A stretch of DNA of 63,192 nucleotides, the filler included, from Olpidium bornovanus S191 (lineage: Eukaryota; Fungi; Olpidiomycota), in NCBI GenBank assembly GCA_017911155.1. It is 29 parts of 29 records of this genome, joined end to end, with 100 filler letters (N's around TTAATTAATTAA, not from the genome) between each part and the next. Parts side by side here need not be neighbours in the genome. Positions count along the whole stretch, not along the records: positions 1 to 2,400 come from JAEFCI010001092.1; positions 2,501 to 6,266 come from JAEFCI010006401.1; positions 6,367 to 8,376 come from JAEFCI010004916.1; positions 8,477 to 9,962 come from JAEFCI010004984.1; positions 10,063 to 11,852 come from JAEFCI010007535.1; 24 more parts are not named here. One strand, 5' to 3'. The notes under the pieces are model-generated. The model made no database searches. It was not told the origin of the DNA and was given only the letters and a program-made list of their open reading frames with translations. The position numbers were made by a program, and so were the translations under genes. Shown piece by piece: positions 1-11,952 of this stretch; the stretch's first letter is position 1; each line of letters opens with the position of its first letter.

Positions 1-149
1 GATTTGACGGATAATTGTCAGGAAACCGAATTGTCAGGAAACCGAAAGCGTTCGGGAGCCCGATGCCGGCGGCACAGTCGGAAACAGACGCAAAAGCGGC
101 AGCGTCCAGGCCGCCGACATGTTGTACGGTCGAAATAAAGAGGAACGGA

Positions 150-2301
150 CCCGCATGCTTCTTAAAGAACTCGACAAACGCGTAGTCGAACCACAGGTCT
201 GGCAAACCGTGTGTGTCCCTCTCGGGGCCGATCTGGTAAAACGGCGCCGTTTGCTGGAGCTGCCGGCTGTCCCGCAGCCGGTTGATACGGTTCGAGAATT
301 GGTCTGCGCCAACGCGGGTGAGGCTCAGGTGCCGGAGCTGCGCATCTGGTATCGGGGATTGCGGATCCTGGTTGAACTCAAGGACCACGCCAAGGAGGAA
401 AGCGGCCATGCCCTGAACCAGCGGGTCCACGTTCGAGGACTTGGTGATTATTTCAATGATCTGCGTTGGAACGAGACGCGAGGTTTCATCGGTATGCGCG
501 CCATCTACGTTTCGTTGGCGCGGCTGGAAATAATGTAAAAATGATTTACCAGCTGTAGGTTTGACCCTTCGCCAAGGAAACTCGTCACAGACGGTTCGTG
601 CTCGTACAGCCACACGCTGAGCTGGCACATGAGGGCAACTAGGACGCGGGCATCACCGCCCGTGCGAAATAGTACCTGTAGCTTGTGGCCAAGAGTGTCC
701 AGGAGAGAAACGGGCTCCTCTCCGGAGCTGACGTCGCCGAAGCTAGTGCCGAGAGCAAGGTCCTTGCACTGCTCGTTGTCCCAGATCATGTGCGCGAACA
801 TGGTTGCTGCGAACCAAGCGCGATAGGGGTCCTTACGCGACGTGTCGGCGTGCAGGAGGGCCGAAAGGATGATGCTCCCGACGGAAGAAGGGAGGCCTGG
901 ATGCCGTGTTTGGGGCTAAATCAGCGACTGGCCGTGATTTTCCTACTGCGTGCGTACCGCAGAGCAGGTAATTGAGGGACGAGTCGAAGACCTTCGTGCC
1001 CCACGTTCGGGTTATCTTCCGGGGTGGCGTTAAGCGTGCTCGTCAAAGCGATTTGTGCGTCCGCATTTTGAAGGACATAACACTGGCAATTTCCCGCCAA
1101 CAGCCGCACAAGGGAGAACACCGATGTTAGACCGCCGATTCTGACGGAACGTTAACCCCTATAACAAATAAAGCACTGCCTCAGGGCTTCACGCACCTCA
1201 AACGCGTAGGCGGCTGCCGCCCGGGTGGTGATCTCGTCGCGGTGATCACCGGTGGCAACCGACACCAGCGTTAGAAAAGCAGGCTCGAACGTGGCAGGTT
1301 CACCGCCAGGTGGCGGACCGGCGGCGGACGACCGCCGCATATCTGACGCACTGTTCAAGGGACTGGAACCGCCGATCGCGCCCGCCGTGCGCAGCTTGAC
1401 GCCTGTCCGCGCGAATTGCTCCTGATTCTGCAAATTGCTCCGCATTACGTCCGCTATGGCAAACAGTGCCTTGTTTAAAGTTGATAATAGCCGACCGTGA
1501 GCGTCGTGGCCCACCATAGAGTTTCAAGGAAGTCCTCTAAAAGCGAATCAAACAAACGGGTTTGGATATTTGCAATTCACATTTACCTCGCATTTTACGA
1601 TTTGGGGACACGGCGTGGAGAGCCCAAGGTGTACGACTTTTGGGATAACGTCACACTGGTGCATCACGTCCTGGGGGCCGAAAGCCCAAAACGTCAGCTA
1701 CCGCGATCGCATCACCATCTGCACGCCCGTCAAGACGCCAGATACATCCCAAGAGCTTTTGCCAAACCTGGTTCGCCACGGTGGTCGTGTTCCCGGGCAC
1801 GACGAGCACACGGATGAGCCGCAGGAGGTGAACGGCGTTGTACACTTTCTGTTCTGGCCAATCGTCGTTCATGGTGGGAAGTATAACGGGAATTCTCTGG
1901 ATGCAGTTGGTTTCTCTAAAGAAATTCTGCACGGTCGGACGTAGAAGAAGCAACAGTGGAGGGGGGGGGAGTTCCAGAGTGGGGAAAACCAAGTCCAACG
2001 TCCCAACCCTCACAGATTCGCTCCGGGCAACACCGATCCCCACCTGATTGGACACGTTATAGCGCAGGAGATTGTGGATGAGCTGCAGGCAATCCTGGAC
2101 AATGATGTCGCCATCCGCGCCACCCTGCTCCGCAATGATGGCCAGCAGGCGCTCAAACGCATTCTCGAAAGCAATGATCTTCTGGATGTCCGCGTTTGAG
2201 TGCGTGAGGGAGATGAGCAAGAGAAGGCCCTCTGACAAACGGCGACGGGTGAGACAGGACATCGGTGAGTGGATGCAAATACCCAGCGATGTCTCTGGCA
2301 A
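150..2301 (-). CDS. USO1: Uso1/p115 vesicle-tethering protein, head domain, partial, multi-exon
   Basis: Exon peptides EGLLLLISLTHSNADIQKIIAFENAFERLLAII...GDIIVQDCLQLIHNLLRYNVSNQ, NFFRETNCIQRIP, LSVWLYEHEPSVTSFLGEGSNLQL, LVQGMAAFLLGVVLEF, LPDLWFDYAFVEFFKKH match the Uso1 armadillo head; GT-AG introns between them. Confidence 0.88.
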
Positions 2302-5300
2302 TGGTGATTTCGGTCGGATAGCCTCGCCGGTATACAGAATAAACCTGCCCGTTGCAACAATCTAACATACAACCGTCCCCTTAACCGCCATTTATTTTCC
2401 NNNNNNNNNNNNNNNNNNNNNNNNNNNNNNNNNNNNNNNNNNNNTTAATTAATTAANNNNNNNNNNNNNNNNNNNNNNNNNNNNNNNNNNNNNNNNNNNN
2501 ACTCCATCATTTCGACAATCGGACGGACGGAAGGTAGTCTTGATACCGATACACTAGGAATGAGTAGGCCCTGCTATCAGGGACCAAGGTGTCGGTCTGA
2601 GCACTTGACAGGAGGCCCATGTGCGTCCTCAGCCAGCGCCCGGCGAGAGAATCGAAACGCTGCAGAAAGCGGGAGACCTGTTGAAACGCTCATCGGACAG
2701 TAACGTGAAGCCACCCATCGACCGATCCCCCACCGGTGAGACATGCCAGCCGATCGAGCTGCTCTTGGTTCCACGCCGACAGCGCATGGGGGCTGGTGGC
2801 GGGGTTAACTCGAAGGAGGACGACCATGGTGAACTGGTGGAGTGCCGGACAGAGGTTACGAGGCTGTCGAGTGGGCGGGGGAAGCTAGGAGGAGTTTCAC
2901 CGGCCACCCCAACTCCATTCATACACTGTCGGCTACTAAAACGACGAGCGGAGCCCAAATAACTTCTGCATTCCGCCCGCGGGTTCACCCTCGGAATTAT
3001 CACTTGTCGATTCGCTACACTACTCGACGAGAAGGGGCGGGGGTGGAGCGGCTTTCACCCTAGCGGGCGGACGCCCGTCGCATGCGTTCGACGGGCCCCA
3101 CTGAGAAATCGCGTGCCAGTCGAGCAAAAACGGGAATTAATCAAAACGTGTCCCCCGGAAACCGCTCGCTGGTCTGCACCCGTCGCGCCGCAGACCCCTC
3201 CCCCCACCCCCAGTTAAAAAGGGACCCCCCTTTGGGTGCCCCTCCCTTCTTGGTCCCCGCCCCCCCCCCACTGATACTCTGCACCCCTATGTGTTCCCAT
3301 CGATAGCCGCCGTCCCACGTGTACCGATACCTTAGCAATACACGTTCAGACGCCGGTAGGACCACATCCCCCTGCGGGCGCCGATACACTGCCGATAATA
3401 CCTCCACACCGCTCTACAACGTGCGCCGTAGCAAGTGACTCGCGGGGCGCATGGGTTAAGAAGACGTGGGGGCCTGGTGGGGGACGCGCTGCGTAGCGAA
3501 GGTTAGACATAGAGGTAGTGCGGCCTGTCGTCTCAACACCCGTTGCCTTAATACCATATCTTAAGAGCTTTTTTTTTGAAGAGCCTGTTGAAGTGCTTTT
3601 GAAGGACGGGCTGGTGACAATCCACACGTTCTCCGTAGCACCTGTATCACCCGTACCAACCTTATTCCAATGTGCTCTCTGTAGCGCCCATAACGACTTC
3701 GCTCTGATGCGTCCATCAAAGCGCCCACCTTGGGGGCCTGGACGGCTTCTCCGGGGGGGTATAAAAACCCCCTCGGGGAGTGTGCCCACAGGTGAATTCG
3801 TGCTTCGCCTTTACATGAACACAACAACAAGAAACAAATGCTTCCCGTCATGCTCCACCTGTTGCTCCGCGCTCCTGCTCCGCGCTCCCGCTCCCTGCTC
3901 CCGCTCGTACGCTTCCGGCTCCGCTTCTGCAGCTATGGGCTTTACCAATTGGGGCACAGGTCAAAAAATGTTGAGTCTAGTGTGAGGGCACCATACCCTG
4001 GAAAATGTTTTATATATCCTGTGGTCATCTGGCGGGCTAACCTTTTTTTCACCGATGCAAATTCAAACGCAGAATACGGTAAGATTTAAATGCAGAAAAT
4101 GACGCAGATTCCGATTCAAAATACGACACCAATTCAGAGGCATAATCTGTCGTGGATCAGATGCAGAATCATACACAGATTTGTGGAAGTTAAAGCAGAT
4201 TCAGTCTCAAGATTTGACGCAAAATACAAGTAGATTCAAAAGCAGCATTTATCGAAAATCCCGGATGCAGAAATAAACGCAGATTCCGACAGAAAATACA
4301 ACACAATTTGGAAGGGAAAGCTGACGCAGATTCAGAAGCAGATGCCGATGCGGGCGCATATGTAGGACTCGATGCAAATTTAAACGCAAATCCGACGCAG
4401 ATTCAGACTCAGAATTTGATGCGGGGAGGGGGAGGGGAACCGCGCGCCGCGCCGGCCGGGAACTCCGGCGAGCACCCCCCCGCGCTCGCCGCGCGGTGAT
4501 GAGCTCGGCGGCGCTCTCCGGCGGCGCTCTCGCGGCTCCGTCAGACACAACCAGGGCCCGCGCCCCGTTTGCCGTGCCGCCGAAGCGCAGCGCGGACGTC
4601 GGCGAATTTGACAGCGGGTGTGCCAGGAAAGGCGTCTCGCTCGCCGAGAGGGAGGGTGCTTTCCGGCAGCCCGTAGCACGGTGACCTCGTCGGCCCCGGC
4701 GGACACGCGGGCGGGAACCGGCGGCGCAAGGCGGCCGAAGAAAATTTTTTTCTTTTTTTTTGAACGGGCCCGGTCCGCGAGAGGCAGAGGAAATCGGTTT
4801 CCGGCGCTGGCCCCCCGCGGCGTAAAACAGAAAATAGAAGGGAACTCAGGCAAGCGGTGGCGGGTGCGGACGAAAAAAGTCAAAACACGAGACGACTCCC
4901 CGAAACAAGTTTGTCACGATCGTCAAAAGCCACCCGAAGAGTTCACCGGCAGAAAAAAAGGGGCGCGGGGGGGGGGAGAACACGAAATGGACGCAAGCAC
5001 CTCGTTTCCCCTTGATGCCGTCGCGCGCAGACGCGTATCAGTTTCATGTCGCCCGTAGATCGCCCGTAGATTCCCCCTTTCTGTTGTATTCGTGAGCGGC
5101 GTATAGTGTACGTACAAAGTGGGGGGGGGGATCAGGGGGAGTAGCTGTGGTAGAACATTGCGGGGCTCTGACTAACCGCCCGACCTCCAAACGAGAAGTA
5201 CCTTCAAGAGCCTTCCGGGGTTCCGACCAAGGGACTGAGAGGCAGTGTGCGGAACTACATAGAGGATTTGCATAGGCACTTGGATAATCTACCGAGCTCC

Positions 5301-5620
5301 GCGGCGGATGCACATCCAACATTTTATTTCTTTCTTACGCCCTTGAGCACTTTCCTTCCCGCTATTTAGCAAGTCCTGAAACGTTTCACTGCGGGATATT
5401 CACTCCGATTTCGGATGCCAATGCAGCTACGGAGCCGACAACCCTGCTACTCGGTCAAGGACCGAGCCCCTCGATTTGACACGGCATGTTCCACCCGAGA
5501 ATCAAACTAGCGACTCATCGGCTGGTGACGACACACCATGCCAGTCAGCAGTCCAACAAAGTGCTTCAGAAAACCTTTGAGGAGACGGAAGCGCGGCTTT
5601 GAAAGGCTGGGCTGAAGCGC

Positions 5621-5686
5621 AGGCAGACAGGCCGCGACAGGCAGACAGGCCGCGACAGGCAGACAGGCCGCGACAGGCAGACAGGC
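5621..5686. repeat. 18-bp tandem repeat (GACAGGCCGCGACAGGCA), about 3.5 copies
   Basis: Directly visible tandem units. Confidence 0.9.
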
Positions 5687-5992
5687 CAAGAGTGCCGGCC
5701 ACATGAGAGAACCAGGAGAGCACCAAGTGACGGCCTCTTTACGACAAGGGAACCGAGGAAAACCCGTGCAATCAAAAACAAGATATAAAAAGTGTAGCTC
5801 TGGACCAATTCGGGTAGCATAGTCAACAATTCCCACGCGATAAGCAAAAAAATTTTAAACCTGCGTTTATCAGACGTCTGGTTTTCTTTTACGCTGCAAC
5901 TACCAAATCTGGATGAGGTTATAAAAAGAAGAAAAAACATCATCGAGCACTACGCGCAACTGAGTTTCGGAAAGGGACCTGCGAGAATTCAG

Positions 5993-6118
5993 ATTCTTGG
6001 TAGAGCTGTGAAATAACTGTGGGATGATTGAATTCAAATTCTTGGTAGAGCTGTGAAATAATTGAGGGATGGTTGAATTCAAATTCTTGGTAGAGCTGTG
6101 AAATAACTGTGGGATGGT
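5993..6118. repeat. 45-bp tandem repeat, about 3 copies
   Basis: ATTCTTGGTAGAGCTGTGAAATAA recurs at 5993, 6038 and 6083. Confidence 0.92.
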
Positions 6119-6366
6119 GTTGCACTATTTCCAAAGGTTTTCCCCCCATACTATGAACGTTCCGTGCAATCGTGCCAGATTGTTCACCAAGATGTGTTTA
6201 GTGTCGCCTTCGTCATATGCGAATTGCTGCCGATTTGCGAAAGAAATAATGTTAGTTTAGTTCATGNNNNNNNNNNNNNNNNNNNNNNNNNNNNNNNNNN
6301 NNNNNNNNNNTTAATTAATTAANNNNNNNNNNNNNNNNNNNNNNNNNNNNNNNNNNNNNNNNNNNN

Positions 6367-7708
6367 GCCATGTGTTGTCTGCGGGATTGTAGTACCACAA
6401 GTCATTGAAGCAGTGCTCTTCGTCATTACCACCAAAAACTAGAATGCGGTCTTCGAATACGACGGCCGAGTGGCCGGCCCGGCGCCTGGGGAGGTTGCTA
6501 TTGGTGGCGGTAAGGTATCCCCATTGAAGATTTTGCGATACTGCAGCGAACAGAAAATCGAGTTGTAGGCAACTTTCGTCAACGTTAGATTTATTAATAC
6601 ACCAACAGCAAAAGATACCATACAATTTGCGGTATCCAAGATGACCATGTCGTTAAGATAATAGTTTTCGGTGAGCCCCCCAAAGATGTACATCCGCGTC
6701 CCGACGACGGAAGCGGTGTGGCGCGTCCGCCCGACCGGTAGGTTGCCGATAAGTACTGGCTTGCGCCACTGGTTCCTTCCTGCGCGGATATCCCACGATC
6801 CCGCCGAAAACCAATCGAAACGAAGCACGTTGTCGGCAAAGAGTTGAACTCCGCATTTCATAAAAAATTTCCAATGTACTTAGCACTAAACAACAATCAC
6901 ATACAGCCTTTTGAAGCGCATTACCTATGCTATACACGTATAGCGCCTCATCGGGCTTGGCGTCGTTGTCAAGACCTCCAAACACTTGACGGACACCGAC
7001 GATGGGAGAAATCGTGACGTGCAATTCTTCAGGATGTCAACCACAACCAGACGCACGCGGGTTGCTTGATGGACTCCGCCATAAAGACTGTTAACGGCCG
7101 GCAGACGTACAATAAATGTGGCCGTTAACGACGGCCATGGAGTGGCCACTCCTCACGGAGGGTATGTCACCGGAAGATCGGACTGACCGGCAGTCCAACG
7201 TGGCTATTAACATGCGCACAGCGAGATTCGCAGAGAGTAAGGCAAGAGCACAAGCATGCAGTTAGCGACACGGCGATCACTATTTTTCCGCTGCTGCTCC
7301 TTGATCCGATTTTTCGTTCCAGAAGGCGGTCAAGCCCAAGGTGGTCCAGTCCACTCAATAACGCACAACGCGATCTTCCTAACCTGCATCAATAAGGAAA
7401 AAGCTGCCTGACCTTTCGGCAGCGCTCTGCGCCGGCATTTTGCCTCCAAAGAGGAACACGCCGGCGGCCAGCGAGTTCTTGAGTTGATAATTGTACGTGG
7501 CCGACGCGTGGTCGCATCTCGGAAAAATCGGCAGCGTAAGCTTCAGCCTGGACCACGGGTACGCTGACGTTGGGGACTTGACCGGTGGGGGCGGACCCTG
7601 CTGCTGCTGCTGCTGTTGCTGCGGCAAGCTCGGCGGGGGCACGGCGCCCTGTGCCTGCTGCGGCTGCATGGTTGCAGCCGAGGGCCTAGGCGGCTCTGCG
7701 TAACCCAA
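6367..7708 (-). CDS. Kelch-repeat polarity protein (Kel1/Kel2/Tea1-like), N-terminal part, multi-exon
   Basis: Q/P-rich N-terminus then YPWSRLKL..FPRCDHAS..VFLFGG; kelch blades GRTRHTASVVGTRMYIFGG..YLNDM and RRAGHSAVVFEDRILVFGG..CFNDLWYY. Confidence 0.85.
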
Positions 7709-8282
7709 ACGCCGGCTTCACCGCCTCCAGCGCTCTTGCATGCAGGTCAGCGTGTGTTGCCGCCAACGTGAAACGGCCCACCAGGGCGGCGGACCGCGGG
7801 ACGGACGGAGTGGGTTTCCACCACCGCGGAGCCAGGTCTCTGCGCTGCGGCGATTAGGTGAAGCGGGAGGCGCTTGCCGGCGTATGGCGCTCCCTTTCTC
7901 GCTCTTTCTCTCTCTCGCTCTCTCGCTCTCTCGCTCGCTCAGCGGGTTTTCCCCGTCCGCCTCGTGGATTCGGGGGCAGCAGCAGGGAGGCGTCTCTTAT
8001 TCCTCTTCTGTGCGAAAACCCGGCAGTTTCCGCTTAGGCCGACTCTTTTGAGGCGGGGAAGGGCAAGAAGGGGCGGGAGGAGCGGGCACGCACGGTCGGG
8101 CGGGCCCTTCTTTGCCAACAACATCTCTCCCTCTCCCTCCCGCCGCCTTCCCCCCCCCCAACCAACCGTCCTCTTTCTCTCCCTGGGGGACCGGGGCGGA
8201 AAAAGAGATGCGGAGACGCTCCGAAATGCGCATAATTTCCCTCTTTCTCCACTTTCTCTCGCTCTGAGGGAAAACGTGGGCT

Positions 8283-8283
<1 letters not shown>

Positions 8284-8346
<63 letters not shown>

Positions 8347-8376
8347 ACCCACCACCCCCCCCCCCCCCCCCCCCCC
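8284..8376. repeat. Long poly-C tract at contig end, one of many homopolymer tracts
   Basis: Near-pure C run; length probably unreliable. Confidence 0.8.
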
Positions 8377-8476
8377 NNNNNNNNNNNNNNNNNNNNNNNN
8401 NNNNNNNNNNNNNNNNNNNNTTAATTAATTAANNNNNNNNNNNNNNNNNNNNNNNNNNNNNNNNNNNNNNNNNNNN

Positions 8477-9962
8477 CATGATGCTGCGGTAGAAAGTCGC
8501 CAGCTGCTCTGATACGTCCGCCACCTTCTGATACTGGAACACCTTAGTTTCGTACTGATTTATCAGCTCCTTGCAGGCTTGGATCGCCATCTCCCAGCCT
8601 TTGCCCTCGTTGAAATGGTTTGTCATCTGCTTAAAAAGGTGCTCCTTTCGGTCGAACGCGGTCTGCGCGGGCAGCGCCAATTCCGGAACAGCCGTCAGCT
8701 GCTCGTCCGGGTCCCAGGCCAGCAGGTTGGAGTGCATCTTCAGGGTCTGGGCAGCCTCCAGGTAGTTCTGGTTTCTCAGCTGCATCTGCGCCAGGAGGTG
8801 GACGTACTTCACGTACACGACGTCCTGCTGGATGTGCGAGATGAATCTCATCACCTTTAGCGTGCCGACCATCCGCTCCTCGTCGTACTCCTCCGTCTCC
8901 GGGAGGCTCCGGACGTCGAGCAGGAGCTGGAAGAGCTGGTCGACTGAAGCAACGAAGCGGAACCCGGCGGGACACACGCCGGAGTCGATCCCCTGCTGTT
9001 CTCTGAATTTGCGGGTTAGCTCCGAGATCAGGTGCCTGCGTATGGTGTCGTCTCCCTTAAGCCCGGACATGACGGCCTTGTCGAGCTTGGCGATGAAGAC
9101 GGCCTCGAAGTCGGCGACGTTGCCGTCCCTGATATACCTGTTGCAGAACATGTCGTAGAGGATCTGGATGGCGCACTTCCGGACGGCCTCGTGGTCAACC
9201 ATCGCCAGGTCCAGGATATAGCCAACCAGTTGAAAGCCAAACACCCCCTGGTAGTTGGGCTTTCCCTGCTGGGATTCCGCGGGCCGCAACTCCGCGAGGG
9301 CGCTCCACATGGCCAGCACGAGGTCCGCCATGTCGCCCCGAATGTTGTCGTTCATGGCCTCAACCACCGAACGCTTCTGCGCACCGAACCTCTCAACCTG
9401 CACGTGCGGGCTGGCGATGAGCGCGTGCGCCGCTTCGAAGAACGACTCCCACAAATCAACGCGGAAGGAAGCGGCCTCGACGGGGTTGTATTCGGCCTGC
9501 ATGAGGCCGGCTACCGACTTGAGGGTTTTCGCAGCGGCCTTGTGGGCGAGCTGGATGATGTTGAGCCAGCCGGTCGGGTACGCGGTCTCCACCATGGAGA
9601 CGAACGCTCTGTTCATCTTGACGAGGAACTCGGCGCGGTCGTCCGGAGACCGGCCGGCCAGGGGGCCCCGGAGGAACTTTCCCAGCTGCTGCTCCGAAAC
9701 GAGCAGGAGCATCGCGGTGATCGTGGCCACGAGCTCGCTGACCCCGTCGAAAACCGACATGGACATGTGCTCTGTCACATGCACGGCGGCTGGGACGGTG
9801 AAATCCCGCGCGTCCTCCAGGCGCGGCGCGTGGCTGGCGGACATGGGCGTGGTCGGCGGCAGCTGGATCTTCGACGCCGCCCGGTAGGCGGAGAGCAGCG
9901 TCGGCAGCAGGCTGAGGAGGGCGACGATGTTCTGTCGCTCTACCCCTTCGCCGGAGTCGCCA
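8477..9962 (-). CDS. DOCK-family (dedicator of cytokinesis) GEF, internal fragment leading into DHR2
   Basis: Frame open across the whole contig; ERMVGTLKVMRF...YVKYVHLLAQMQLRNQNYLEAAQTLKMHSNLLAWD...RKEHLFKQMTNHFNEGKGWEMAIQACKEL is typical of DOCK1-5/Dck1 proteins. Confidence 0.9.
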
Positions 9963-10218
9963 NNNNNNNNNNNNNNNNNNNNNNNNNNNNNNNNNNNNNN
10001 NNNNNNTTAATTAATTAANNNNNNNNNNNNNNNNNNNNNNNNNNNNNNNNNNNNNNNNNNNNTTCCTTTTTTAAAAGAAAAAGAAAATTTCAAAAGGGAA
10101 ATAAAACGCCCAGGAGAACGAGGTGTGGATCAGCCAAGTGATATATACATTATATATATACCTTGCCCCTCCGCGGGCACATGAAGGTAAAGCACTGACC
10201 CAGGGCCTTCTACTTCAG

Positions 10219-11629
10219 GGGCGGTTGCCACCACGGGAGTGTCTCTGAACATCAGGAACGGTACAGACAGCAATCTTGCGGCGAAATGCAGTCAAAATGG
10301 ACTTTGCTGACGCCTCCTGCACCCGACACAGCATACGAGGATTCGCGTTTCAACAGGGAAGTGGACCTCAAGTCTGGATACCGCACCCGGACGATCCTGG
10401 CGTACCCGCTCCGTAACTCGAAAAGCGAGGTAAACGACCGGAGCAAGTTTTTTTCCCCCGCACGCGTCCTCAGGGCTGGGTTCCGCGGCCAAAACTAAGA
10501 CGAAGAGTCCCGTCCGCTGGAAGGTCATAGGGGTGATGCAGGTCATCAACAAGTTGCCAAAGGAGCGCAAGTTTATCCGAGAGGACGAGCTTCTGCTCTC
10601 GGCGTTCTCCGCCCTCGGTTCGTTTTTTTGTTACCTTTTTTTTTCTGCCTCTTCTTTTCTTTCATTTTGACATGCGCGCGACGCGCGCAAGGCTTTTGCC
10701 GATTTGCGTGAATGAAATTTCGAAACCTTAAACGGCCGTTGTCCACTTCAGCCTCCGTTACCATCGAAAAGTCGGTCCACTTTGGCATCTTGCAGGCAAA
10801 ACTGGGAGCTGCGGAGACACAGAAAGTAATTTCGCGTGCACAATATTGGGGGGGGGGGGGGGAGGGAGGGGGACGGGGGAGGGGAAAAAGATGATCGAAA
10901 TCAATCTCACGCCCGTCCGTTTTGTTCTAGGAAAAATTGGCCGGAACTCTCAACAGTACGTCCCGTCACCTTTGGAGTCTTCATTATTTTCGCCCTTTCA
11001 GGACATCGCCGAAAAGAACCATTCCCCGTTTTCCGTTGGCACCGAAGGTATCGACAGCGTCATTATCGGGATCGCTCGGAATGGGCAAGTGGTACGTGCG
11101 CCCCCCGCGCCTCTTGATGGAGCTTTTGGTTTCATTCACGTCCTTTCACGTGTATCAGAAACGCACGCCGCCACACAGACAGAAGCTGACGGAGGCTTGT
11201 CCAGGAACACGTCAACCACCCGGAAATATTGGGTGTTTCGGCCCAAAGCCTTCCCGCAAAGACGTATGCCGAATTGCTCTGCCCGCAGGACGGTTCCAAC
11301 GCGAAGCTGATTGCCGCGGCGGAGCGATCGAGGCGCACCGGAGTCGCCACTTTCCTCTTTGAATACGAGATGGACGTCGGCGCCGACAAGCCGAACCTGC
11401 TCGTCAACTTTTCGTGCTACCCGTTTTCCGGGGCGGAAGGCGGCGGCGAGCAGGACTCCGCCCGGGCGCTCACCGTGGTGCTGGAAGTAATACGCCCGGC
11501 CGAGCGGTTAAGGAGGTGCCTGGCGCGCAAGGCGTCGCCCGAAATCGCGGAAGCGGCCGTCTCGAACGACCACCCGTCCGTCTTGGCCGGGGCGGTCCAC
11601 GGCGTCACGTTGTTGTACGCCGATCTGAG
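10219..11629 (+). CDS. GAF-PAS-class III adenylate/guanylate cyclase (CyaB-like architecture), internal fragment, multi-exon
   Basis: Spliced GAF: [13 protein letters not shown]|[33 protein letters not shown]|[11 protein letters not shown]...DELLLSAFS; PAS-like linker; then [17 protein letters not shown]...[16 protein letters not shown], the first class III cyclase strand with its catalytic Asp. Confidence 0.78.
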
Positions 11630-11720
11630 GTAATGTACCGCACCGCGCGTTTTGCTTTTGGTTTGTTTTTTATTTTTTTTTTTCTTTCTGTTTTTCTTTT
11701 TTAGTTTTTTTCCTTTTTTT

Positions 11721-11763
<43 letters not shown>

Positions 11764-11952
11764 CCCCCCGCTTTTTTTTTTTTTTTTTTTTCCGCGCGCG
11801 CGTTTGAGCTCGAAACCGGGAGCGGAGACGGGCTGGCGGCCAGGGCGAACAANNNNNNNNNNNNNNNNNNNNNNNNNNNNNNNNNNNNNNNNNNNNTTAA
11901 TTAATTAANNNNNNNNNNNNNNNNNNNNNNNNNNNNNNNNNNNNNNNNNNNN

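Noticed and set aside
2620-2650. GRWLRT hexapeptide shared with the helicase extension (50230)
   Set aside because: Flanks do not align; likely chance.
3346-3789. Apurinic endonuclease of a LINE element (..GIIGSVSAP..)
   Set aside because: Only a vague resemblance; the WN, QET and GDFN catalytic motifs are not present.
5993-6118. CRISPR-like array
   Set aside because: Units are contiguous tandem copies with no unique spacers, no cas genes, and the genome is eukaryotic.
9032-10018. 328-aa plus-strand ORF
   Set aside because: Antisense shadow of the GC3-rich DOCK exon.
10219-10620. cGMP phosphodiesterase
   Set aside because: The GAF is PDE-like, but downstream exons lead into a class III cyclase strand rather than a PDEase domain.
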